Assembly: GCF_964213995.1 (NCBI RefSeq)
Contig: NW_027590159.1
Span: forward strand, 124,001 to 188,000
Reading direction: 5' to 3'
Origin: Mustelus asterias
Taxonomy: Eukaryota
DNA length: 64,000 nucleotides
A program made the position numbers and the translations under genes. Positions within the stretch are counted from its first letter, which is position 1; each line of letters begins with the position of its first letter. The notes below the pieces were generated by a model that worked only from the letters and a program-made list of their open reading frames with translations, was not told where the DNA came from and did not search any database. Of the stretch, positions 1 through 14,200 are shown piece by piece.

Positions 1-1040
1 CACTCTGTCCATGCCCCTCATAATCTTGTAGAATTCTATCAGGTCGCCCCTCAACCTCCGTCGTTCCAGTGAGAACAAACCAAGTTTCTCCAATCTCTCC
101 TCAGAGCTAATGCCCTCCATACCAGGCAACATCCTGGTAAATCTTTTCTGAACCCTCTCCAAATGCTCCACATCTTTCTGGTAGTGTGTCGATCAGAATT
201 GAACACTATATTCCAAGTGTGGCCTAACTAAGGTTCTGTAAAGCTGCTGTATCCATGCCCTCATTATTTTAGAGACCTCTATAAGAACACCACTAAGCCA
301 ACTCAAGGGAAAAAAAGTCCCAGAGTATCCAGCCTCTCATTATAACTCAAACCATCAGGACCCCATAGCATCCCAGTCATTCTTTTCTGCACACTTTCTT
401 GCTTAATAATCTCCTTTTTATAAGGGTGACCAGAACAATACACAGCATTCCAAGTGTGGTCTTACCAATGTCTTGTACAACTTCAACAAGACGTCCCAAC
501 TCCTGTATTCCATGTTCTGACCAATGAAACCAAGCATGTGGAATGCCTTCTTCACCACTCTATCCACCTGTGACTCCACTTTCAAGGAGCTGTCAATCTG
601 TACCCCCGAGATCTCTTTGTTCTGTAACTCTCACCAACACCCTACCATTAACTGAGTAAGTCCTGTGTTGGTTCGATCCACCAAAATGTGTCACCTTGCA
701 TTTATCTAAATTAAACTCCATCTGCCATTCAACAGCCCACTGGCCCAATTGATCAAGATCCCATTGCAACCCTAGATAACCTTCTTCACTGTCCACTATG
801 CCACAAATCTTGGTGTCAACTGCAAACTTACAAACCATGCCTCCTAAATTCTCATCCAAATCATTAATATAGATGACCAATAACAGTGGACCCAGCACCG
901 ATCCCTGAGGCACCCCGCTGGTCACAGGCCTCCAGTTTGACCAAAAAAACAACCATCTACAACCACCCTCTGTCTTCTGTCATCAAGCCAATTTTATATC
1001 CATTTGGCTACCTCACCCTGGATCCCGTGAGATTTAACCA
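1..1040 (-). mobile_element. CR1-type LINE ORF2 (RT/C-terminal) fragments
   Basis: Minus ORF 593-952 has [35 protein letters not shown], the CR1/L2 RT signature (FADD degraded). Confidence 0.9.
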
Positions 1041-1545
1041 AATCCTGTCTGCTTTTGTTTTTAAATGTTTACAGTTTTAAACACTGAAACCTCTTGCCCT
1101 TGTTGGGAATATCAGTGCGGTTTGAGAAAAGCAAACACTGATCCCACACTCATCACCCCCCAACACAGGACTGAGCAGAGAGTGTGAAATGTGACTGGTG
1201 TGAGTGTGGATTGTCTTTTAAAAGTGGGTAAGAAACACTCCTCCATTTTCAAATCTTTACCTTGCTTATGTAGCGTCTCGGACTCCCCTGACACTCACTA
1301 CCCATCTGAATTAATCTCTATTCCTCACTGTCTAACTGTTACTCTCTGCATTGCTCCCTCTCCCTATCTCTCTCTTACTCTGCATCGCTCCATCTCTCTC
1401 TCTCCCTCTCTCTCTCTCTCTCTCCCTCTCCCTCTCTATCCCTCTCACCCTCTCCCTCTCTATCCCTCTCATCCACCATGTTGTTTATCGTTAAGGGGTC
1501 TAATCACGGAGAATTCAAACACTCTTTCTGTTTCTGTTTTGGCAG

Positions 1546-1604
1546 AATTAGCAACATGAGTGGAGATTTCAAGACTGGATTCACACAATACAGACAGAAC
1601 GCTG
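1546..1604 (+). other. Candidate coding exon MSGDFKTGFTQYRQNA (copy at 10316-10374)
   Basis: Pyrimidine tract+ggcag acceptor, ATG at 1556, ctg|gtgagc donor; both splice sites kept in the duplicate. No product recognised. Confidence 0.3.
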
Positions 1605-2184
1605 GTGAGCTCAGTACACGTGGTACCTGAATGTTACAATAAGATAGAATCTGTATTCAGACAACTGTCACCCCACAGGGTCCAAACTTCACCGTGTTAA
1701 TTTGATTTGATTTGATTGATTTGTATTGGGATGCAGTGAAAAGTATTGTTTCTTGTGCGCTATACAGACAAAACATTCTGTACATAGAGTACACAGGGAG
1801 AAGGAGAGGAAAGGGTGCAGAATATAGTGTTGCAGTTACCGATAGACTGTAGAAAAAGATCAGCTCACACACACACACTCTCTCTTACACACTCTTAGGC
1901 ACACACATAATCTCACACACACACACACTCTCTCTCTCTCACACACACACTCTCTCACACTCTCAGACACACATACTATCTCACACACACACTCTCTCTC
2001 TCACACACACGCACTCTCTCTCACACACACACACTCTCACACTCTCAGACACNNNNNNNNNNNNNNNNNNNNNNNNNNNNNNNNNNNNNNNNNNNNNNNN
2101 NNNNNNNNNNNNNNNNNNNNNNNNNNNNNNNNNNNNNNNNNNNNNNNNNNNNNNNNNNNNNNNNNNNNNNNNNNNNNNNNNNNA

Positions 2185-2715
2185 CGCTGTATCTCACCCG
2201 ATGCTGTACCTGTCCTGGGTGTGATTGATGTGTGGCAGCTTTTCCCTGTATCTATCCCCATGCTGTATCTGTCATTGGAATATTTGATCGTCATGATGTG
2301 GAGATTTGATAGTTATTTGATAGTGACAGTGCAGAGGGAGCTTTATCTGTATCTAACCCCGTGCTGTACCTGTCCTGTGTGTGTTTCATGGGGACAGTGT
2401 AGAGGGAGCTTTGCTCTGTATCTAACCCCGTGCTGTACCTGTCCTGTGTCTGTTTCATGGGGACAGTGTAGAGGGAGCTTTACTCTGTATCTAACCCCGT
2501 GCTGTACCTGTCCTGTGTGTGTTTCATGGGGACAGTGTAGAGGAAGCTTTACTCTATCTAGCCCCGTGCTGTATCTGTCCTGGGTGTGTTGGATGGGGAC
2601 AGTGTCGAGGGAGCTTTACTCTGTATCGAACTCTGTGCTGTACCTGTACCTTTCCTGGGTGTGTTTGATGGGAACAGTGTCGAGGGAGCTTTACTTTGCA
2701 TCTAATCCCATGTTT
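2185..2715. repeat. ~69-bp satellite block
   Basis: Unit gggacagtgtagagggagctttactctgtatctaaccccgtgctgtacctgtcctgggagtgtttgatg in tandem. Confidence 0.95.
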
Positions 2716-3779
2716 CAGTTACTGATAGACTGTAGAGGAAGATCAGGTCACACAGACGCTCTCCTTACACACTCTCAGAAACACACACACACACACACAC
2801 ACACATGCTCTCTCTGTCTCTCACACACACATACACTATCTCTTACACACTCTCTCACTCACACACACGCTCCTCCTCTCTGTCACACACACTTTCTCTC
2901 TCACACACTTTCTCTCTCACACACATTCTCTCACACACACTTTCACGCTCACACACTCTCACTCATGCATTCTCTCCAACTGACACACTCTCACACACAT
3001 ACACTCACTCTCTCACACACATACACTCACTCTCTCACACACATAAACTCACTCTCTCACACACATACACTCTCNNNNNNNNNNNNNNNNNNNNNNNNNN
3101 NNNNNNNNNNNNNNNNNNNNNNNNNNNNNNNNNNNNNNNNNNNNNNNNNNNNNNNNNNNNNNNNNNNNNNNNNNNNNNNNNNNNNNNNNNNNNNNNNNNN
3201 NNNNNNNNNNNNACACTCTCTCTCTCACACACACTCTCTCTCTCTCACATATACACTCTCTCTCAAACATATACTCTCTCACGCACACACTCAGTCTCTC
3301 ACACAGTCTCTCTCACGCACACACACACTCACGCACACGCTCTCTCTCTCTCGCACACGCTCTCTCTCTCTGGCACACACTCTCTCTCTCGCACACACTC
3401 TCTCTCGCACACACACTCTCTCTCGCACACACTCTCTCTCGCACACACTCTCTCTCGCACACACTCTCTCTCGCACACACTCTCTCTCGCACACACTCTC
3501 TCTCGCACACACTCTCTCTCGCACACACTCTCTCTCGCACACACTCTCTCTTGCACACTCTCTCGCACACACTCTCTCTCACACAAACTCTCTCACACAC
3601 ACACACACGTTCTCACACACACACTCTCCCTCATGCACACACTCTCTCTCACGCACACACTCTCTCTCACGCACACACTCTCTCTCACGCACACACACTC
3701 TCTCACGCACACACACTCTCTCTCTCTCACACACACATTCTCTCACACACACACACAATGATGGGCAAAATGTAGAGGA

Positions 3780-4530
3780 AGATTTGAGCTGTATCTAACC
3801 CCGTGCTGTACCTGTCCTGGGTCTGTTTGATGTGCACAATGTGGAGGCAGCCTTTCCTTTAATCTAGCACCATGCTGTGTCTGTCATTGGATTATATGAT
3901 GGGGACAGTGTATAGGGAGCTTCACTCTGTATCTCACCCCGTGCTGTTCCTGTCCTGGGAGTGTTTCATGGGGACAGTGTAGAGGGAGATTTATTCTGTA
4001 TCTAACCCCATGCTGTACCTGTCCTGGGAGTGTTTGATGGGGACAGTGTCGAGGGAGCTTTACTCTACATCTAACCACTTGCTGTATCTGTCCTGGGAGT
4101 GTTTGATGGGGATAGTGCAGAGGGAGCTTTACTCTGTATCTAATCCATGCTGTCCCTGTCTTGGGAGTGTTTGATGGGGACAGTATCGAGGGAGCTTTAC
4201 TCTGTATCTAAACCCGTGCTGTACCTGTCCTTGGTTTGTTTGATGGGGACAGTGTACAATGAGCTTTAATCTGTATCTAACCCCGTGCTGTACCTGTCCT
4301 GGGGGGTGTTTGATGGGGACAGTGTAGAGGGAGCTTTACTCTGTATCTAACCCCGTGCTGTACCTGTCCTGGGAGTGTTTGTTGGGGACAGTATCGAGAG
4401 AGCTTTACTCTGTATCTAACCCCGTGCTGTACCTGTCCTGGGCGAGTTTGTTGGGGACAGTGCAGAGGGAGCTTTACTCTGTATCTAACTCCGTGCTGTA
4501 TCTGTCCTTGGTTTGTTTGATGGGGACACA
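3780..4530. repeat. ~69-bp satellite block
   Basis: Same unit in tandem. Confidence 0.95.
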
Positions 4531-5679
4531 CACACGCTCTCGCTCTCNNNNNNNNNNNNNNNNNNNNNNNNNNNNNNNNNNNNNNNNNNNNNNNNNNNNN
4601 NNNNNNNNNNNNNNNNNNNNNNNNNNNNNNNNNNNNNNNNNNNNNNNNNNNNNNNNNNNNNNNNNNNNNNNNNNNNNNNNNNNNNNNNNNNNNNNNNNNN
4701 NNNNNNNNNNNNNNNNNNNNNNNNNNNNNNNNNNNNNNNNNNNNNNNNNNNNNNNNNNNNNNNNNNNNNNNNNNNNNNNNNNNNNNNNNNNNNNNNNNNN
4801 NNNNNNNNNNNNNNNTCGAAAACTCTCTCTCTCACACACACACACTCTCTCACACACACACACACTCTCTCTCTCGAANNNNNNNNNNNNNNNNNNNNNN
4901 NNNNNNNNNNNNNNNNNNNNNNNNNNNNNNNNNNNNNNNNNNNNNNNNNNNNNNNNNNNNNNNNNNNNNNNNNNNNNNNNNNNNNNNNNNNNNNNNNNNN
5001 NNNNNNNNNNNNNNNNNNNNNNNNNNNNNNNNNNNNNNNNNNNNNNNNNNNNNNNNNNNNNNNNNNNNNNNNNNNNNNNNNNNNNNNNNNNNNNNNNNNN
5101 NNNNNNNNNNNNNNNNNNNNNNNNNNNNNNNNNNNNNNNNNNNNNNNNNNNNNNNNNACACACTCTCTCACACACAGCCTGTCTCTCACACACAGCCTGT
5201 CTCTCACACACACACTCTTTCTCACACACACACTCTCTCTAATACACTCNNNNNNNNNNNNNNNNNNNNNNNNNNNNNNNNNNNNNNNNNNNNNNNNNNN
5301 NNNNNNNNNNNNNNNNNNNNNNNNNNNNNNNNNNNNNNNNNNNNNNNNNNNNNNNNNNNNNNNNNNNNNNNNNNNNNNNNNNNNNNNNNNNNNNNNNNNN
5401 NNNNNNNNNNNAAACATATACTCTCTCACACACACACACTCTCACGCACACGCTCTCTCTCTCGCACACACACTCTCTCTCGCACACACTCTCTCTCTCT
5501 CGCACACACTCTCTCTCTCGCACACACTCTCTCTCTCGCACACACTCTCTCTCTCGCACACTCTCTCTCTCGCACACACTCTCTCTCTCACACACACTCT
5601 CTCTCTCACACACACTCTCTCACACATACACACACTCTCTCTCACACACACACCCACAGAATGATGGGGCAAAATGTAG

Positions 5680-6830
5680 AGGAAGATTTGAGCTGTATCT
5701 AACCCCGTGCTGTACCTGTCCTGGGTGTGTTTGATGTGCACAATGTGGAGGCAGCTTTTCCTTTAATCTAGCACCATGCTGTGTCTGTCATTGGATTATA
5801 TGATGGGGACAGTGTATAGGGAGCTTCACTCTGTATCTAAACCTGTGCTGTACCTGTCCTGGGAGTGTTTGATGGGGATAGTGTAGAGGGAGCTTTACTC
5901 TGTATCTAACCCTGTGCTGTATATGTCCTGGGAGTGTTTGATGGGGGACAGTGTAGAGGGAGCTTCACTCTGTATCTAAACACGTGCTGTACCTGTCCTG
6001 GGTGTGTTTGATGGGGGACAGTGTAGAGGGAGCTTTGCTCTGTATCTAACCCCGTGCTGTATCTCTCCTGGAAGTGTTTTATGGGGACTGTGGAGAGGGA
6101 GCTTTACTCTGTATCGAACCCCGTGCTGTACCTGTCCTGGGAGTGTTTGATGGGGGACAGTATTGAACATAGAACATAGAACATAGAACATTACAGCGCA
6201 GAACAGGCCCTTCGGCCCACGATGTTGCACCGACCCGTAAAAAAAAAAACACTGTGACCCTCCAACCTAAACCAATTTCTTTTCGTCCATGAATCTATCT
6301 ACGGCTCTCTTAAACGCCCCCAAACTAGGCGCATTTACAACTGATGCTGGCAGGGCATTCCAATCCCTCACCACTCTCTGGGTAAAGAACCCACCCCTGA
6401 CATCGGAGATATAGATATAGAGGGAGCTTTACTCTGTATCTAACCCCGTGCTGTACCTGTCCTGGGAGTGTTTGATGGGGACAGTGTATAGGGAGCTTCA
6501 CTCTATCTAAACACGTGCTGAACCTGTCCTGGGTGTGTTTGATGGGGGACAGTGTAGAGGGAGTTTTGCTCTGTATCTAACCCCATGCTGTATCTCTCCT
6601 GGAAGTGTTTTATGGGGATAGTGGAGAGGGAGCTTTACTCTGTATCGAACCCCGTGCTGTCCCTGTCCTGCGAGTGTTTGATGGAGACAGTGTCGAGGGA
6701 CCTTTACTCTGTATTGAACCCCGTGCTGTATTTTTCCTGGGAGTGTTTAATGGGGACAGTGTCCAGGGAGCTATACTCTGTACCTAACCCTGTGCTGTAC
6801 CTGTCCTGGGAGTGTTTGATGGGGACAGGA
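5680..6830. repeat. ~69-bp satellite block with a CR1 3'-end insertion at ~6166-6405
   Basis: Same unit, interrupted by a (aacatag)n-tailed LINE end on the minus strand. Confidence 0.9.
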
Positions 6831-7665
6831 CTTGGGGGACATTGGATTTTAGACAATGTTTAGGGTTTTAGACTTTTCGGAGTGAAATTCAGGAACACTT
6901 TGCCACACCAGGTGTGATATTAGTTTGGAACTACCTTCTATAATTCACAGTTGATGCTCAGTCGCTTATTAATGTTCAAACCTGAAGTTGATAGATGATA
7001 TTTTACACACAGGAGAAGCAATTTAAAATCAATGGGTCAATGTTAAAATAGTTGCAGGAACAGAGAGACCTGGGCTTTCAGTTCATTTTTACATCTTAAA
7101 GATTCAACCTGGGGCTCAGAATCTGTCAGTTGAATCTACTTTTCCTGTCCCGAAAACGTGTCAACAATTGTGTTGGGGAATGTGACAAAAGGTGACATTC
7201 CTGCATCCTGCACAGTGGGGTTGGGAGGTTGTTTGAAAGGAGATTCAGAAAGTGTCAATTAGATTGTGTCTCTTTGAAGAAGTTGACTATTTCACAGGAG
7301 ATGCCTTGAGATAAAGGAAAGTTTTACCAATGTCTGCGTAACTTTCAAAGTCTCCAGACGCATGAAGGGGGCAGAGATTTTGTAATATTCAGAGCAGGAG
7401 ATGGGGGACAATCACAGAATTGAAGATGTGAGGCCATCTCTTGTTTCTGAATGTCAATCTGTAGCTTTTAAACTTTAGTCCTGGGCTAATCATTCCAAGT
7501 TTGCAATCCCACACTTTGCTGTTGTGGATTTTGAGTTGTAAATTTTCTGAAATTGATTCTGTAATAAAAATCCCTGCAGGATGCAATGATTCCCATTCTG
7601 TCTGCTGCTGCCAAGCCCCAGTTTGTGTCTCAGTTTCACTATTTATCAGCCATTTAAGATCCAAG

Positions 7666-7872
7666 AGTCATAGAATTCCTACACTGCAGAATGAGGCCAT
7701 TCAGCCCAACAAGCCTGCCCCGACAATAATCCCACCCAGGCCCGAATCCCCCTGACACTAAGGGGCAATTTAGCAAACGTGCAAACTCCACACAGACAGT
7801 CACTCGAGGCGGGGAATCGAACCCAGGTCCCTGGCGCTGTGAGTCAGCAGTGCTAACCACTGTGCCACCATG
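7666..7872 (-). mobile_element. tRNA-derived SINE (HE1-like)
   Basis: Reverse strand ggtggcacagtggttagcactgctg..gggttcgattcc A/B boxes, tgtgtggagtttgcac core, CR1-like 3' tail. Confidence 0.8.
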
Positions 7873-8219
7873 TCACCCGGTGATGAGACAGAACGTTTGC
7901 CAAAGTGCACAGAAATAGGCAGCATTGTCAGCATTTTAGCTGAAAGCTTCAAATGACAAAGGGATCTTAATAGTAGAGTCACAGAATCCCTGCAGTGCAG
8001 AAGGAGACCATTCAGCCCATCGAGTCTGTACTGACTCTCTGACACAGTATCTTACCAAGGCCCTTGACCCAGCCCTATCCCCGTAACCCCACACATTTAC
8101 CTTAATCCACCGAACCAACACAGCTTTGGACAGGAAACGGCAATTTACTGTGTCCAATCCACAAATTTGGAAAATACTGGGATGGATTGAGAAATGGTTT
8201 CCGGGCAGAAAACAGAGCT

Positions 8220-10140
8220 CAGATACAAATGGGCCCTTTGGCCCAACTTTTCCCTGCCACCCAGTTTTTACCATTAAGCTCGTATCAAATGCCTTGCGTT
8301 TGGCCCAAATCCCTCCATACCAATCTTACCAGAATAACTGTCTAAATGCTTTTTAAAACATAAAATTGTGTCCGCTTCTACTACGACCTCTGGCAGCTTG
8401 TTCCAATCCCTCACCATAAGACCATAAGACATAGGAGCGGAAGTAAGGCCATTCGGCCCATCGAGTCCACTCCACCATTCAATCATGGTTGATTTCAACT
8501 CCATTTACCCGCTCTCTCCCCATAGCCCTTAATTCCTCGAGAAATCAAGAATTTATCAATTTCTGTCTTGAAGACGCTCAACGTCTCGGCCTCCACAGCC
8601 CTCTGTGGCAATGAATTCCACAGACCTACCACTCTCTGGCTGAAGAAATTTCTCCTCATCTCTGTTCTAAAGTGACTCCCTTTTATTCTAAGGCTGTGCC
8701 CCCGCGTCCTAGTCTCCCCTGCTAATGGAAACAACTTCCCTACGTCCATCCTATCTAAGCCGTTCATTATCTTGTAAGTTTCTATTAGATCTCCCCTCAA
8801 CCTCCTAAACTCCAATGAATATAATCCCACGATCCTCAGACGTTCATCGTATGTCAGGCCTACCATTCCCGGGACCACCCTATGTGTGAAAAGAATTGCC
8901 CTCTGGACCCGCTCCCCTCTCACCTTAAACCTATGTCTTCTAGTTTTAGACTCCCCTCCCTTTTGGAAAAGATGTTGACGAGCTTATCACAGAACAAAGA
9001 GAATTACAGCACAGGAACAGGCCCTTCGGCCCTCCAAGCCTGCACCAACCATGCTGCCCGACTGAACTAAAACCCCCTACCCTTCCGGGGACCATATCCC
9101 TCTATTCCCATCCTATTCATGTATTTGTCCAGACGTTCCGTAAAACTCACTATCGTATCTGCTTCCACTACCTCCCCCGGCAGCGAGTTCCAGGCACCCA
9201 CCACCCTCTGTGTAAAAAAACTTGCCTTGTACATCTCCTTTAAACCTTGCCCCTCACACCTTAAACCTATGCCCCCTAGATTTTGAATCTTCCACCCTGG
9301 GAAAAAGCTTCTGACTATCCACTCTGCCCATGCCCCTCATAATCTTGTAGAATTCTATCAGGTCATCCTTCAACCTCCGTCGTTCCAGTGAGAACAAAGC
9401 AAGTTTCTCCAATCTCTCCTCAGAGCTAATGCCCTCCATACCAGGCAACATCCTGGTAAATCTTTTCTGAACCCTCTCCAAATTCTCCACATCTTTCTGG
9501 TAGTGTGTCGATCAGAATTGAACACTATATTCCAAGTGCGGCCTAACTAAGGTTCTATAAAGCTGCTGTATCCATGCCCTCATTATTTTAGAGACCTCTA
9601 GAAGAACACCACTAAGCCAACTCAAGGGAAAAAAGGTCCCAGAGCATCCAGCCTCTCATTATAACTCAAACCATCAGGACCCCATAGCATCCCAGTCATT
9701 CTTTTCTGCACACTTTCTCGCTTAATAATCTCCTTTTTATAAGGGTGACCAGAACTATACACAGCATTCCAAGTGTGGTCTTACCAATGTCTTGTACAAC
9801 TCCAACAAGACGTCCCAACACCTCTATTCCATGTTCTGACCAATGAAACCCAGCATGTGGAATGCCTTCTTCACCACACTATCCACCTGTGACTCCACTT
9901 TCAAGGAGCTATCAATCTGTACCCCGAGATCCCTTTGTTCTGTAACTCTCACCAACACCCTACCATTAACTGAGTAAGTCCTGTGTTGGTTCGATCCACC
10001 AAAATGTATCAGCTTGCATTTATCTAAATTAAACTCCATCTGCCATTCAACAGCCCACTGGCCCAATTGATCAAGATCCCATTGCAACCCTAGATAACCT
10101 TCTTCACTGTCCACTATGCCACAAATCTTGGTGTCAACTG
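8220..10140 (-). mobile_element. Nested CR1-type LINE 3' fragments
   Basis: ORFs 8495-8923, 9254-9490 and 9824-10153 with LFSLE.RRLRGDLIE.YKIM, FFSQRVV..WN and WQMEFN motifs; short-repeat tails. Confidence 0.9.
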
Positions 10141-11299
10141 CTACTCTCTGCATTGCTCCCTCTCCCTATCTCTCTCTTACTCTGCATCGCTCCATCTCTC
10201 TCTCTTCCTCTCTCTCTCTCTCTCCCTCTCTATCCCTCTCATCCACCATGTTGTTTATCGTTAAGGGGTCTAATCACGGAGAATCTAAACACTCTTTCTG
10301 TTTCTGTCTTGGCAGAATTAGCAACATGAGTGGATATTTCAAGACTGGATTCACACAATACAGACAGAAGGCTGGTGAGCTCAGTACACGTGGTACCTGA
10401 ATGTTACAATAAGATAGAATCTGTATTCAGACAACTGTCACCCCACAGGGTCCAAACTTCACCGTGTTAATTTGATTTGATTTGATTGATTTGTATTGGG
10501 ATGCAGTGAAAAGTATTGTTTCTTGTGCGCTATACAGACAAAACATTCTGTACATAGAATACACAGGGAGAAGGAGAGGAAAGGGTGCAGAATATAGTGT
10601 TGCAGTTACTGATAGGGTGTGGAGNNNNNNNNNNNNNNNNNNNNNNNNNNNNNNNNNNNNNNNNNNNNNNNNNNNNNNNNNNNNNNNNNNNNNNNNNNNN
10701 NNNNNNNNNNNNNNNNNNNNNNNNNNNNNNNNNNNNNNNNNNNNNNNNNNNNNNNNNNNNNNNNNNNNNNNNNNNNNNNNNNNNNNNNNNNNNCACATAC
10801 TCTCACACTCTCAGNNNNNNNNNNNNNNNNNNNNNNNNNNNNNNNNNNNNNNNNNNNNNNNNNNNNNNNNNNNNNNNNNNNNNNNNNNNNNNNNNNNNNN
10901 NNNNNNNNNNNNNNNNNNNNNNNNNNNNNNNNNNNNNNNNNNNNNNNNNNNNNNNNNNNNNNNNNNNNNNNNNNNNNNNNNNNNNNNNNNNNNNNNNNNN
11001 NNNNNNNNNNNNNNNNNNNNNNNNNNNNNNNNNNNNNNNNNNNNNNNNNNNNNNNNNNNNNNNNNNNNNNNNNNNNNNNNNNNNNNNNNNNNNNNNNNNN
11101 NNNNNNNNNNNNNNNNNNNNNNNNNNNNNNNNNNNNNNNNNNNNNNNNNNNNNNNNNNNNNNNNNNNNNNNNNNNNNNNNNNNNNNNNNNNNNNNNNNNN
11201 NNNCCATCACACATTGTCTCTCTTTCTCACACTCTCCCTCTCACACACACACACAAACTCATATTCTCTCTCACACACACACATTCTCTCTCTCACACA

Positions 11300-14200
11300 C
11301 ACAATGTGGAGGGAGATTTACGCTGTATCTCACCCGATGCTGTACCTGTCCTGGGTGTGTTTGATGTGTGGCAGCTTTTCCCTGTATCTATCCCCATGCT
11401 GTATCTGTCATTGGAATATTTGATCGTCATGATGTGGAGATTTGATAGTTATTTGATAGTGACAGTGTAGAGGGAGCTTTATCTGTATCTAACCCCGTGG
11501 TGTGCCTGTCCTGGGGATGTTTGATGGGAACAGTGTAGAGGGAGGTTTACTCTGTATCTAACCCCGTGCTGCACCTGTCCTGTGAGTGTTTGATGGGGAC
11601 AGTGTAGAGAGAGCTTTACTCTGTATCTAACCCCGTGCTGTATCTGTCCTGGGTGTGTTTGATGGGGACAGTGTAGAGAGAGCTTTACTCTGTATCTAAC
11701 CCCGTGCTGTATCTGTCCTGGGTGTGTTGGATGGGGACAGTGTAGAGGGAGCTTTACTCTGTATCGAACTCTGTGCTGTGTCTGTCCTGGGAGTGTTTAA
11801 TGGGAACAGTGTAGAGGGAGCTTTACTCTGTATCGAACTCTGTGCTGTACCTGTACCTTTCCTGGGAGTGTTTGATGGGAACAGTGTCGAGGGAGCATTA
11901 CTTTGCATCTAATCCCGTGTTTCAGTTACTGATAGACTGTAGAGGAAGATCAGGTCACACACACGCTCTCCTTACACACTCTCAGATACACACACACACA
12001 CACACACGCTCTCTCTGTCTCTCACACACACATACACTATCTCTAACGCACTCTCTCACTCACACACATGCTCTTTCTGTCTGTCACACACACTTTATCT
12101 CTCACACACATTCTCTCTCACACACACTTTCACGCTCACACACTCTCACCCGTGTATTCTCTCCAACTGTCACACTCTCACACACATGCGCTCACTCTCT
12201 CACACATACACTCTCTCTCAAACATGTACTCTCTCACACAGAAACTCTCACTCACACACACACTCTCTCTCACACACACACTCTCTCTCACACACACACT
12301 CTCTCTCACACACACTCTCTCTTACACACACACGCTCTCTCTCTCGCACACACTGTCTCTCGCACACGCTCTCTCTCTCGCACACTCTCTCGCACACACT
12401 CTCTCTCTCGCACACACTCTCTCTCTCACACACACACTCTCTCTCACACACGCACTCTCTCTCACGCACACTCTCTCTCTCACGCACACACTCTCTCTCT
12501 CACACACACACTCTCTCTCTCACAGACACACACTCACTCTCATGCACACGCTCTCTCTCGCACACACTCTCTCTCGCACACACTCTCTCGCACACACTCT
12601 CTCTCTCGCACANNNNNNNNNNNNNNNNNNNNNNNNNNNNNNNNNNNNNNNNNNNNNNNNNNNNNNNNNNNNNNNNNNNNNNNNNNNNNNNNNNNNNNNN
12701 NNNNNNNNNNNNNNNNNNNNNNNNNNNNNNNNNNNNNNNNNNNNNNNNNNNNNNNNNNNNNNNNNNNNNNNNNNNNNNNNNNNNNNGGAAGATTTGAGCG
12801 TATCTAACCCCGTGCTGTACCTGTCCTGGGTGTGTTTGATGTGCACAATGTGGAGGCAGCTTTTCCTTTAATCTAGCACCATGCTGTATCTGTCATTGGA
12901 TTATTTGATGGGGACAGTGTATAGGGAGCTTCTCTCAGTATCTAACCCCGTGCTGTACCTGTCCTGGGAGTGTTTGATGGGGACAGTGTCGAGGGAGCTT
13001 CACTCTGTATCTAAACCCGTGCTGTTCATGTCCTGGGAGTGTTTGATGGGGATAGTGTTGAGGGAGCTTTATCTGTATCTAACCCTGTGCTGTACCTGTC
13101 CTGGGAGTGTTTGATGGGGGACAGTGAAGTGGGAGCTTTACTCTATATCTAACCCCGTGCTGCATCTGTCATGGGTGTGTTTGATGGTGACAGTGTAGAG
13201 GGAGCTTTACTCTGTATCTAATCCCGTGCTGGACCTGTCCTGGGAGTGTTTGATGGGGATAGTGTCGAGGGAGCTTTACTCTGTATCTAACCCCATGCTG
13301 TACCTGTCCTGGGAGTGTTTGATGGGGATAGTGTCGAGGGAGCTTTACTTTATATCTAACCACTTGCTGTATCTGTCCTGGGAGTGTTTGATGGGGACAG
13401 TGAAGAGGGAGCTTTACTCTGTATCTAACCCCGTGCTGTACCTGTCCTTGGTTTGTCTGATGGGGATATTGTAGAGAGAGCTTTACTCCATATCTAACCC
13501 ACTGCTGTATCTGTTGTTCGAGTGTTTGATGGGGATAGTGGAGAGGGAGCTTTACTCTGTATCTAACCCATGCTGTCCCTGCCCTGGGAGTGTTTGATGG
13601 GGATAGTGGAGAGGGAGTTTTACTCTGTATCTAACCCATGCTGTCCCTGTCCTGGGAGTGTTTGATGGGGACAGAATCGAGGGAGCCTTTCTCTGTATCT
13701 AAACCAGTGCTGTACCTGTCCTGGGCGAGTTTGTTGGGGACAGTGCAGAGGGAGCTTTACTCTGTATCTAACCCTGTGCTGTATCTGTCCTTGGTTTGTT
13801 TGATGGGGACAGTGTAGAGGGAGTTTTACTCTATATTTAACCCCAGGCTGTATCTGTTCTGGGACTGTTTGATGGGGACAGTGTACAGTGAGCTTTACTC
13901 TGTATCTAACCCCGTGCTGTACCTGTCCTGGGTGAGTTTGATGTGCACAATGTGGAGGCAGCTTTTCCTTTAATCTAGCACCATGCTGTATCTGTCATTG
14001 GATCATTTGATAGTGACAGTCTATAGGGAGCTTCACTCTGTATCTAAACCCGTGCTGTTCATGTCCTGGGAGTGTTTGATGGGGATAGTTTTGAGGGAGC
14101 TTTATCTGTATCTAACCCTGTGCTGTACCTGTCCTGGGAGTGTTTGATGGGGGACAGTGAAGTGGGAGCTTTACTCTATATCTAACCCCGTGCTGTATCT

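Larger units (their letters stand above)
1865..5655. repeat. Compound (TC)n/(AC)n microsatellite arrays with N gaps, interleaved with satellite blocks
   Basis: Direct inspection; source of the HTLS/CVRE junk ORFs. Confidence 0.95.
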
